Assembly: GCF_036365525.1 (NCBI RefSeq)
Contig: NC_090404.1
Coordinates: forward strand, 4,853,428-4,900,000
Direction of reading: 5' to 3'
DNA length: 46,573 bases
From: Heterodontus francisci
Taxonomy: Eukaryota
The stretch's first letter is position 1; each line of letters opens with the position of its first letter. Below the pieces are notes generated by a model. That model saw only the letters and a list, made by a program, of their open reading frames with translations. It made no database searches and was not told the origin of the DNA. The position numbers and the translations under genes were made by a program. This document shows, piece by piece, positions 33,356-43,460 of this stretch.

Positions 33356-36300
33356 CAGAAACATAAGAACATAAGAACTAGGAGCAGGAATAGGCAATTC
33401 AGCCCCTCGAGCCTGCTCCGCCATTCAATACGATCATGGCTGATCTCATCTCGGCCTTTCTCCATAACCCTTCAAACAATTTCCAATTAAAAATCTGTCT
33501 GTCTCCTCAAATTTACTCAATGTCCCGGCATCCACCACACTAGGATAGTGAATACCACAGATTCACGACCCTTTGAGAGAAGTAATTTCTCCTCATCTCT
33601 GTTTTAAATCTGCTACCCCTTATCCTAAAACTATAACCTCTCGTTCTAGTGGAGGCAGGAACCCTCACAACATTTAAGAAGTATTTAGATGAGCACTTGA
33701 AACGCCATAGCATGCAGAGCTATGGGCCACAAGCAGGAATATGGGATTAGAATAGTTGGGCACTGTACGGCCAGCACAGACACGATGGGCTGAAGGGCTT
33801 GTTACTGTGCTGTATAACTCTATGACTCTAGATTGCCTCACAAGAGGAAATATCCTCTGTATGTCTACTTTGCGAATCCCCTTAATCACCTTATATACCT
33901 CAATTAGATCTCGTCTCATTCTTCTGAACTCTAGAGAGTAAAGGCCTAAACTGCTCAATCTCTCTTCATAAGTCAAACCCCTCATCTCTGGAATCAATCT
34001 AGTGAATCTCCTCTGAACTGCCTCCAATGCAACTACATCCCTCCTCAAGTATGGGGACCAAAACAATATGCAAAACTCCAGCTGCGGTCTCACTAATGCC
34101 TTGTATAGTTGCAGCAACACTTCCCTACTTGTATACTCTATTCCTTTATCAATAAATGCCAAAATTCCATTTGCCTTCCTTATTACCTGCTGTACCTGCA
34201 TGCTAGTTTTCTGTGATGCATGCACAAGGACACCCAGATCCCTCTGCACCGAAGCACTCTGAAGTTTCTCTCCACTTAGATAATAATTTGCCTTTCTATT
34301 CTTCTGAACAAAATGGATAACCTCACATTTATCCACGTTAAAATCCATCTGCCAAATTTTGACCCATTCACCTAACCTATCCATATCCATTTGTAAATTT
34401 CTTATTTCTTTATTGCAACTTATTATCCTACCTATTTTCGTGTCATCTGCAAATTTGGCTTTAGTACCTTCTATCCCTGCATCCAAGTTATTAATATAGA
34501 TTGTAAATAGTTGAGGCCAGAGGACCAAACCCTGTGGCACCCCACTAGTCACATCTTACCAGCCAGAACAAGACCCACTTATCCCGACTCTCTGTTTTCT
34601 GTTGGTTAGCCAATGCTCTATCCAAGTTAATAAATTGCCCCTAACCCCATGTGAACTTACCTTGTGTATTAACCTTTTGTGCGGCACCTTATCAAATGCC
34701 TTCTGGAAGTCCAGATATACTATATCTACAGGATCCCCATTATCCACTTTGCTTGTTACATCTTCGAAGAACTTTAGCAAATTAGTCAAACACGATTTAC
34801 CCTTCATAAAACCATGCTGACTCTGTTGGATTGCGTTATGACTTTCTAAATGTCCTGTTATTACTTCTTTAATAATGGATTCTAACAATTTCCCAACGAC
34901 AGATGTGAAACTAACTGGTCTATAGTTTCCTATTTTCTGCCTTCCTCCCTTTTTGAATAAGAGCATTATATTAGCTTTTTTCCAATCCACTGGAACTTTC
35001 CTGCATCCAGGGAATTTTGGAATATTATAACCAATGGATCCACTATCTCCGCTGCCACTTCCTTTAAGACCCTAGGATGTAGGCCATCAGGCCCTGGGGA
35101 CTTGTCTGCCTTCAACCCCAATAGTTTGCTCAGTACTTTTTCCCTAGTGATGATGATTGTTCTAAGTTCCTCCCTTTCTAGAACCTTTGCATTGCCTGTT
35201 ACTATCGGGATGGTACTCGTGTCCTCCACCGTGAAAACTGCGGAAAAATACTGATTCAGTATCTCCGCCATTTCTGTGTTCACCTCTATTAACTCCCAGG
35301 CTCATCCTCCAACGGACCAACATTCACTTTAGCTACTCTTTTCCCTTTTATATACTTATAGAAGCTTTTGCTCTCCGTTTTTATATTTTGCGCTAGTTTC
35401 TTTCATAATTTACCTTTGCTCTTTTTATTACATTTTTAGTAACACTTTGTTGATCTTGAAAAGTTTCCCAATCTTCCAGCCTGCCACTAGCTTTTGCAAT
35501 ATTGTATGCCTTAGTTTTTGTCTTTATGTTATCCTTAACTTCCTTGCTTAGCCATGGATGATTTTTCCCCTCTTCGAATTTTTCTTCTTCTCTGGAATAT
35601 ATGTTAGTTGGGAGGAATTGAATATCTCCTTAAACATCTGCCACTGCTTATCAACTGTCCTGTCTTTTAGTCTTCCTGCCCAGTTCACTAGGGCCAAATC
35701 TGTCCTCATCCCTATGTAATTACCTTTGTTTAACTCCAGAACGCTAGAGTGGGACTCCAGTTTCTCGCCCTCAAACTGAATTTGAAATTCTAGCATGCTA
35801 TGATCGCTCTTCCCTGGAGGATCCTTAACTATGAGATCATTAATTAATCCCATCTCATTACACAATACCAAATCTAGAACAGCCTGCTCCCTGGTTGGTT
35901 CCACAACATATTGCTCCAAAAGACAATCTCCAATACATTCAATGAACTCTCCCTCGAGGCTACCCTTGCCAATTTGATTAATCTGGTCTATATGCATATT
36001 AAAATCACCCATGATTATTGCTGTACCTTTCTTACAAGCCCCCAGTATTTCCTGGTTTATACTGTGCCCCACTGCAGAACTACTGTTTGGGGACCTATAG
36101 ATTATTCCCACCAGGGCCTTCGTTTCCTTGCTATTTCTTATTTCTACCCAGACTGATTCTACATCTTGATCTCCAGTGCCTATATCGTTTCTCACTACAG
36201 CACTGATCTCTTCCTTTACTAACAAAGATACACCACCTCCTTTTCCTTCCTGCCTCTGCTTCTGAAATACTGAGCACCCTTGGATATTCAATTCCCAAAC

Positions 36301-36965
36301 CTGGTTTCCCTGCAACCACGTCTCAGTCATCGCTGCGAAATCATACCCATTCATCTCTATTTGCGCTGTTAACTCATTTATTTTATTCCGAATGCTTTAT
36401 GCATTCAGATACAAAGCCTTTAAGTTTGTTCTATTATCAAATTTCCCTACTCTTTTACCATTCGTTGCGGCAATATGACGTTCACACGTTTTGTCCTTTA
36501 CTTTTATTTTCTGGTAACAATCAGCCTCATCACAAATCTGCACTCCTACCTTCTCCTTTAACTTTGACTTCCTAATTTTCCATGCAACTGAACCCGACCC
36601 CCCACTATTTAGTTTAAAGCCCCATCTATAGCCCTGGTTATGCGATTTGCCAGGACCCTGGTCCCAGCATGATTCAGATAGAGCCCGCCCCATCGGAACA
36701 GCTCCCTCCTTCCCCAGTACTGGTGCCAATGCCCCCTGAACTGGAACCCATTTCTCCCACATCAATCTTTGAGCCACACATTTACTTCTTTAATCTTAAC
36801 GACCCTGTACCAATTAGCTCATGGCTCAGGTAGTAATCCGGAGATTATTACCTTTTTGGTTCTGCTTTTTAATTTAACCCTAGCTGCTCATATTCCCTCA
36901 GCAGAACCTCTATCCTCGTTCTACCTATATCGTTGGTACCTACATGGACCACGACAACTGGATCT
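33356..36965 (-). mobile_element. CR1 LINE, ORF1 3' part + ORF2, with an opposite-strand CR1 tail inserted at ~33650-33830
   Basis: EN motifs TETWL, GGGV, GDFN, SDH (35548-36354); RT motifs (33830-35283). Confidence 0.95.
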
Positions 36966-37125
36966 TTCCCCTATGCTGCAAAGAATCAGCAGGTCTGGCA
37001 GCATCTGTGGAGAGAGTAGCAGAGCTAAATTTTCAGGTCTGTGAACTGAGAACACAGGTCAGAACTTTCTGTTTTATTTCAGACTTCCAGCATCAGCAGT
37101 TTTTTTCCTTTTATTAAACGGTTGC

Positions 37126-37196
37126 TTCCCTGATCAGGAAATAAACTCGGCCATGATGGCAGGAGTACCAATTCCTAACCACTAGACCATCAAGGA
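37126..37196 (-). pseudogene. tRNA-Glu pseudogene (heavily decayed)
   Basis: ttccctgatcaggaa..cctaaccactagaccatcaagga; paralog of 42331-42402. Confidence 0.6.
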
Positions 37197-37423
37197 ACAG
37201 GATCTGCGAGCTCTGCACCCATTGTAGATATAACTGAAGATATCGGTGTAAATTTGTTAATTTAATCTGTGCTGGATGTAAATCCATTTCATAACTCTGC
37301 TGCTTACAGATCTATTTAAATGTGTTTGTATATTTCGTTCACTTTTTCGTCTCAATCTGTCTTCATTCGGAAAGTACTTTCTGCCTATTAATTTCCCTTT
37401 AACTTTTCATGACAACTAAATAC

Positions 37424-38310
37424 TGTCACGGTCTTGTGTTTTTTTTTCTCTCCCTGGGAAATATTGAAGTGTTCCTTTAAGACTGTAAAAGAGCAGTGCA
37501 TCTTTCAGGCAGAAGGTTCCGGAGGGTCAGTGAGCCGGAGTGCATCCTGGTTGCCAAGCAACAGTCACAGAGAGAGAGAGCAGACACCAGGTTTAATGTT
37601 GCCGTTTTGACTTTTAAAATTAGCTGAACAGCAGTCAGAAGCAGAGCTCTAAGACAATTTAAACTGAAGGAGGAAAAGCTGAGTTATTTCTCTCTCAAAA
37701 TTCTACAAAGCTTCAAGCCGAATTATTTCCATAAAAAATAAGAAAAGGCTTTTTCTTTCACAACAAATTATTGATATCTGCTGTGTTCATCGCTGGAAAA
37801 AAAAGAGTTTAATACTACAAAAGCCGAACTGCTGAACCGTTATCTTTGAGGGGCCCTTTTTTTCATGGGACCATGGAAGACTGCAAGTGATCATTGACTG
37901 TGTTGCATTGGAAGACCATTCGTCAGGATGTAACTTACAAAGACTTATTTATTTATTCTATTTCTGAGAAAAAGCTGCTTTTTAAAATCTACATTATTTT
38001 AAAACCGAATGTGGGAGACAGATTTTTAAATAAGAAGTTATAAATCTTTAGATATTGGTTTATTTTAATAGTGTTTAAGATTTTTTTGACATAAATAGTT
38101 AATTTGTTGAGATCTAAAGATACCTGGTTTCGTTCCCTTCATTCGGGGGTTACTAGATTGTTCAATGTGGCTGCTTTTTTCCAATTTGGAAAGCTTAAAG
38201 AAATATGCAGTGACCTGTGGAGCGATGGGACTGAACTGACAGTGTGTTGCTCCCACTGTGAACAGAATCATAAATTTTGATTGGGGGCTTTGTCCTAAGC
38301 GGTTGTAACA
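37424..38310 (+). mobile_element. Probable solo LTR
   Basis: TGTCAC..TGTAACA termini, atac/atat flanks; absent from the paralogous segment 42540-42640. Confidence 0.6.
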
Positions 38311-39099
38311 ATATATTTATACACAATACAGATGCATTCAAATTGAGTAAATATCACAAGAATCGTGATATTAACAGAACTGGGCTAATTCACTAGCCAG
38401 AGAGGGGAATCAGTGATCGAGGAGATGGAAACGAAGGGCAAAAGAGAGGAAAACAGACGGTGGCAGACAGATAGAGGGAGAGAGACCGAAAGAAAGAGTG
38501 ACATATACAGAACAATAGGGAATGACAGATAGAGATACAGAGAATGGAGTAGACACTGAAAGGGACAGATATATTTCACAATATCTTTGTTCATTGAGAT
38601 TGACAGACAGAAAGGAATAAAACAAGACATTTCACAATCTCAGGACATTGCAAAGTGTTTTACAGCAAATGAAGTATATTTGAAGTGTAGTCACTGCTGT
38701 AACCTAATGACGGAGGGGTGGGGGGGGGGGGGGCGACAAAAATGCTGATTCAGCAGATGCCAAAATCTAATCTTTAGAATGACATCTCAATGTGGAATCT
38801 TTCTTTCCATATCTATAAATATCTCATTATGTGTTTGATGCCGATTCAGCAGATGTAAACCTGAAGCTGAGTGAATAAATTTCACCTTGAATCCCTGATG
38901 AACCAGGAACAAGGCTTCCCAAATTCTATCAGGTCATCTCTCAGCCTTCTCTTTCTGGAGAAATGAACCTCAGCCTGCTCAGACTTTCCTGCTTATTATA
39001 ACCTCTGCGTTCCGCCAAAGTTGTGAGTGAACTTTTATTTTCCTTTTCATTGCAAGAACTCTGACAGCAATAGAAACAATTCCTAATGTCCGAGGGATT

Positions 39100-39408
39100 T
39101 CAGTTTGGTCTATTTTTATTTATTAGTTCATTCTCTCGATGTCCCCATTAGCCTAACCACTAGATCACAACTACTCGGTCTCAGTCTGTTTCAATGTTGC
39201 TCAGTGACAATTTCAATCATCATCCGCTTTGCAGCATACGGGCACTGAGTCACTAAATAGTCTCCACTAAAGAAAATACAGAAAGATGCCATCTCCTCTT
39301 GTACCTTTTAATCCTGATATTTTCATCCGTAATATTTGAATATGAAACTACACAAATTGTACAAATGCAGGCTGAGATGGTCAAAAATATGTTCACCTCC
39401 TCGTGGGA
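39100..39408 (-). pseudogene. Ig C1-like exon remnant
   Basis: Strong acceptor gtgtctccatgtctttcag; EVNIF..ICVVSY..ENIRIK(W>R)YK..PY..IEIVTEQH*NR..SCDLV. Confidence 0.45.
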
Positions 39409-39670
39409 CTGAAAGACATGGAGACACAGAGCAAAACACAAAGACACATAGACCGAGAGTGATGGAGGGCTAAAGAGAGACAGACTGACAGAGAGAAAGA
39501 GAGTTGGCCAATTGGCTCATTTTTGTTTCATTAGTGACCGCAAGTTTCATGAATGCTTTCAGTTGAATGGAAATGAGAAACCTTGTCGTGTTTGGAAGCT
39601 GGAGGATTTTCTTCCACACAGCTGACAACTTGCCCAGCGAAGACCGGGTTAAAATCAGGAATAAGCACAG

Positions 39671-39723
39671 GAACCTACGTAGGGAAACTCCAATAGATTT
39701 CTAGCCCATCGCCTTAACCACTC
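39671..39723 (-). pseudogene. tRNA-Ser(AGA) pseudogene fragment
   Basis: Reverse complement gagtggttaaggcgatgggctagaaatctattggagtttccctacgtaggttc matches the vertebrate tRNA-Ser body; acceptor stem lost. Confidence 0.7.
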
Positions 39724-39794
39724 TACATGCAACTGGCAATCTTGTTCATACAAAATCACAAATAACATTGATTTGGGTGGTCCGGGCACTTAAT

Positions 39795-40237
39795 AAGAAC
39801 ATGGAAAATAACAGCAGGATTAGGCCATAAGCTCCCTCGAGTCTGCTCTGCCATTTAATATGATCATGACTGACCCTCCACATCAACTACAATTTCACAC
39901 ACAATCCCTAAAGCGCCTGATTCCCTTACAGTCCAAAAATCTCTCCATCTCAGCCTTCAATATACTCATCGACTGAGCATCCACAGCTCTGGGGGAGACA
40001 ATTCCAAAGATTCACAACCCTCTGACTGAACAAGTGTCTCCTCATCTCAGACTGAAATGATGTTCCTGTTATCCTGATACTCTGCCCTAGTTCTAGACTT
40101 TCCAATCAGCACGTTATGTGTCTCCTCATTTCAGGAAAGGAGGGTGACAGAAAGCAGGACACTACAGGCCAGTTAGTCTAACATCTGTCACAGTGAAAAT
40201 GCTGGAATCTATTATTAAGGAGGTTGTAGCAGGGCAT
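39795..40237. mobile_element. CR1 scraps in both orientations
   Basis: Tail on minus (39795-40110); cactacaggccagttagtctaacatctg on plus (40130-40237). Confidence 0.75.
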
Positions 40238-40239
40238 TG

Positions 40240-40715
40240 AGTTCCAACACCTTAACCACGTGACCTTGCCTGCTGTGCAGGTAACGGTCAGCACCATGGG
40301 ATTTATGTTATCTCGGGATTTGTTTTTCATTGTTTGTCCATCAGGGTTGCAATTCCATTTGTGTTGGATATTGAAGAGAATCTAATTTCAGGATGAGGGC
40401 ACAATGTAGGTAAATATTAAATCTCGGAACAAATCCTGAGTAAAATGGATTGCAATGTTTGGAAGGAGGTGCAGCTAAGAAGTGAAAATGTGAATGATGT
40501 TGTTGATGATTAAGTGGAATGCATCGCGGCCTCAGGCTTTTGTCAGTCAATTTCATTCTGAACTTTGGAATCCAGATCAATGAAATGTTTGTAGAAGACA
40601 AAGAAGGAGAAGGATTGAGATTTCCAGTGTGGGACGGAAGTGAGATGATTGAATGGAGAAGCAACACATTCCCAACAAAAGCAGATACAGATGACTGATC
40701 CGAAACAGGTCTCCT
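40240..40715 (-). pseudogene. IgSF V-C cassette remnant (B7/butyrophilin-like start)
   Basis: DQSSVSAFVGNVLLL.., CALILKL, then LTVTCTAGKVTWLR. Confidence 0.4.
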
Positions 40716-40825
40716 ATCTTTTCTTTTTTTTTAATTGCTCAATTAACAACGCTTTTGCCTTGAATCATCCTTTGTATATTGAAATTGTCTACTGTCTGGC
40801 AAGGCCAGAAGGATACTCTTAATAG

Positions 40826-41549
40826 CTAAGAGGTGTCAATTACTCCCATGCTGAATCTATCAGGAGCTGTTTTTGAATTAAATGGGTTCTTCTGAAACAA
40901 AGAAGGTGTGAAGTAGTCACATCCTGGGCCATTGTCGGTCACCACAGAGAGTAAGATCTGTGTCTCCCAACAGAAGCAAGATGTGAGAGACTCCTCGCTT
41001 AAATGGTAGCTCTTCGGAGATGAGAGAGAGAAAACCATCACCAAAGCTTGTCCAGCTGAGAGCTGGGAGAAAATCCAGCAAGCCAAAAAGGTCAGCGCTC
41101 TGCTGTGAATTCTACATTTCAACTTGTGCAGCAGAGAATTGGAAGTGATCCCCTGTCTTCAAACTGAACTTTCAACCAACAGAGAAATTTACAAACACAT
41201 CAGGCCTGCAAGTAAAGGGAAATTGACCTCCGGGAAAGTTCAACAGGGTTACCATGACCCCTGAAACCCTACCCCACTTCGAACCACTTACCTCTTTTCC
41301 TCTCTATCTGTCTCTTCTTGCATATGCATTTGAGTGAATGTGTGGTTGTGACAATTTTGGGATTTTTCATGTTGCTCATTAAATAATTAATCTTCAGATT
41401 TTAAACATACAAGAAATCCTGTTGCTGTCTGTTTATTTGACAAATAAAACACAAAGGGGTTGAAACTCTCATAACAAAAACACTTGCTGCGGTCAGTGGG
41501 AGTTAAACAGTGGGAACGGCCCACACCCCTCACCACATGGCTGTAGCAC
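40826..41549 (+). mobile_element. LTR-like repeat fragment
   Basis: Ends ..ggctgtagca with an upstream aataaa; its first ~100 bp recur inverted at 42202-42300. Confidence 0.35.
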
Positions 41550-41550
41550 T

Positions 41551-41697
41551 GTGTAGACCTGTCCAGTGGTGCTCGTGCCTGGGTATCCCCATCCCGTAGT
41601 TCCAGGTCCTGTGTATACCTGTCCAGCAGTGCAAAACCCTGTGTATACCTGCCCTGCAGTTCTAGTCCCTGTTTGTATCTGCCCTGCAGTGCTAGTA
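41551..41697. repeat. 30-bp tandem repeat x5
   Basis: gtgtatacctgtccagcagtgcaaaaccct-like units. Confidence 0.85.
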
Positions 41698-41814
41698 GAA
41701 GCATAGCCGGTTTCCATCCAAATGGATCCGAATGAGAGTGATCTGATTCCAAAGATTCAGGGAAGGAAATTCGGAAGCTCCTTCGGGAATTTAATGACTT
41801 TTTAACGGAAAAGT

Positions 41815-41931
41815 AAAAGCAAAAAAATGCAAATGCTGGAAATCTGAAATAAAGACAAAATGTGCTGAAAATACTCAGCAGGCCTGGTAGCATCTGGTTC
41901 TCTCTCCACAGATGCTACCAGACCTGCTGAC
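41815..41931. mobile_element. Penelope-like end folded into a palindrome
   Basis: tcagcaggcctggtagcatctg-(12 nt)-cagatgctaccagacctgctga. Confidence 0.65.
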
Positions 41932-42200
41932 TTTGTAATGGATATTTTTCCCACGTGACCTGTGCGGTTTGGAATGGTGTAATGTTTGTTAGTGAGCGAG
42001 TGCAGAGGATTCAATATTTGACCTTGTTCCTCAACACTTCCTCTAAGGCCAAGTGGTTAGATGTTTAAGTCATGGATATCAGCTTCACCTGACATGTGAA
42101 AGTCCCTGGTCACTTGAGATACATTTCCTGCAATGTACAACAGGGTGTTGGTGTTTTTTTAGTTATGATTAAAAACAATTTCCCTTCACCAGAAGGCAGA
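41932..42200 (-). pseudogene. Family C IgSF V-C junction fragment copy 2
   Basis: Single frame: LQEMYLK*PGTFTCQVKLISMT*TSNHLALEEV..ILCTRS..TAQVTWEK (V F-strand running directly into C-domain B/C strands). Confidence 0.6.
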
Positions 42201-42330
42201 CGGATGTGGCTACCTTACACCTTCTTTGTTTCATAAGAACCCATTCAATTCAAAAACGGCTCTTGATGGATTCAGGTTGGGAGTAATTGATACTCTTACC
42301 AGAGCAGTTGAAGTGCTTTGTAATATTTAC

Positions 42331-42402
42331 TTCCTTGGCCGGCAATTGAACCCAGACCACAGTGGTGAGATCGCCAAATCCTAACCACGAGACCACCAAG
42401 GA
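42331..42402 (-). pseudogene. tRNA-Glu(CTC) pseudogene
   Basis: 72 nt colinear with vertebrate tRNA-Glu; CTC anticodon retained; CpG-type decay and a damaged B box. Confidence 0.8.
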
Positions 42403-42853
42403 ACAGCACCTGTAATTTTTGCGGCCATTGTGGATATAGTTGAAGGTATCGGGGTTACTTTGGATCTGACTTTGACTTTTTGTGCTGGATGTAAATGCGT
42501 TTCAGAGCTCTGTTGCTTACAGATCTATTTACATGTGTCTGTACACTTCGTTCATTTTTTTGGCTCAATTTGTCTCCATTGGTTAAGTACTTTCTGCCAA
42601 TTTATTTATCTCTTTACAACACAGATACATTCAGAAATAACACACACATTTATTCAGAACCAGCACACTCAGACATCCACAATACATTTACAACTATCAC
42701 AGTATCAATCATCAATATTTATATATTTAGAACCTGATGTATATCATAAAAATAAAAGTGAATTCACAACTGACACACATACAAAGCATCGCACTCAGAA
42801 CATAAATACTCACAGTTTATATAGAGGCATGACAGCCACACACACACACTCAC

Positions 42854-43460
42854 AGTTTATATTGTCACACGGTCCTGTTTGACGTTCTGGGAAACGTCTA
42901 CACACCAAAAGTTGAATAGTTTTTCATGCGCTACCCGTCTTGATGTGTATTTGGAGCAGTTTCCGACTTTCATAGTGGTGATTCTGAGTGATGATTCTGG
43001 GATTCGGTATGTGGAATTGGATTTGAAAGCTAAAGGAAATTCACCGCTCAGTGTTCAGCTCTCAGTGACAATTCCACAGCCACTTTCATCACCTGTTAGC
43101 AGCGAAACTGGAACAAATACAACAAATACTCTGAGTTTACATCAATAGAGATGGGGTTATTTGATGCAGGTGAAACATTATTAAAATGGTCCACCGTGTT
43201 CAGGATTCTTTTCCCTAATACCAGCTGTACCAGCCTCATATTGTGCATTCATAAAATCAATTTCCATTCTTTCCTTTGAAGTGGATAACATAATACATTT
43301 CTCATGGGTTAGATGTAGGTACAAGGTACATTTATCTGTTGTGTTTTTCCTCACATTATTTGAAATTAATACTCATGAAACTATTTCAGTGTGCACTGAC
43401 TGGTTCGGAGCTGAGCTGATAATCTTTCAAGAATGGTTTCTTGCATCCAAAGAACACAGG
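42854..43460 (-). pseudogene. IgSF V-C1 cassette
   Basis: SAQL..QC..FQIM*GK; KERMEI..GTAGIREKNPEHGGPF**C (V); IVTES*TLSG..SNSTYRIPESSLRIT..SKYTSRRVAHEKL (C1); ends at |gtgagt. Confidence 0.55.

Noticed and set aside
39253-39447. RYKRRWHLS resembles a cadherin propeptide cleavage site
   Set aside because: No LDRE or DxNDN motifs follow; the whole exon fits an Ig C1 pattern better (ENIRIK[W>R]YK)
40238-40275. Possible 5' half of a tRNA-Ser/Leu on the minus strand
   Set aside because: Too short and mismatched, and equally explained as the GKVTWLR codons of the cassette; ambiguous
41932-42200. Conserved TGA codons (one aligned with TGC) suggesting selenocysteine or a mitochondrial code
   Set aside because: Frameshifts and other stops are also present, no SECIS was seen and AGG codons are in frame; decay before duplication is simpler
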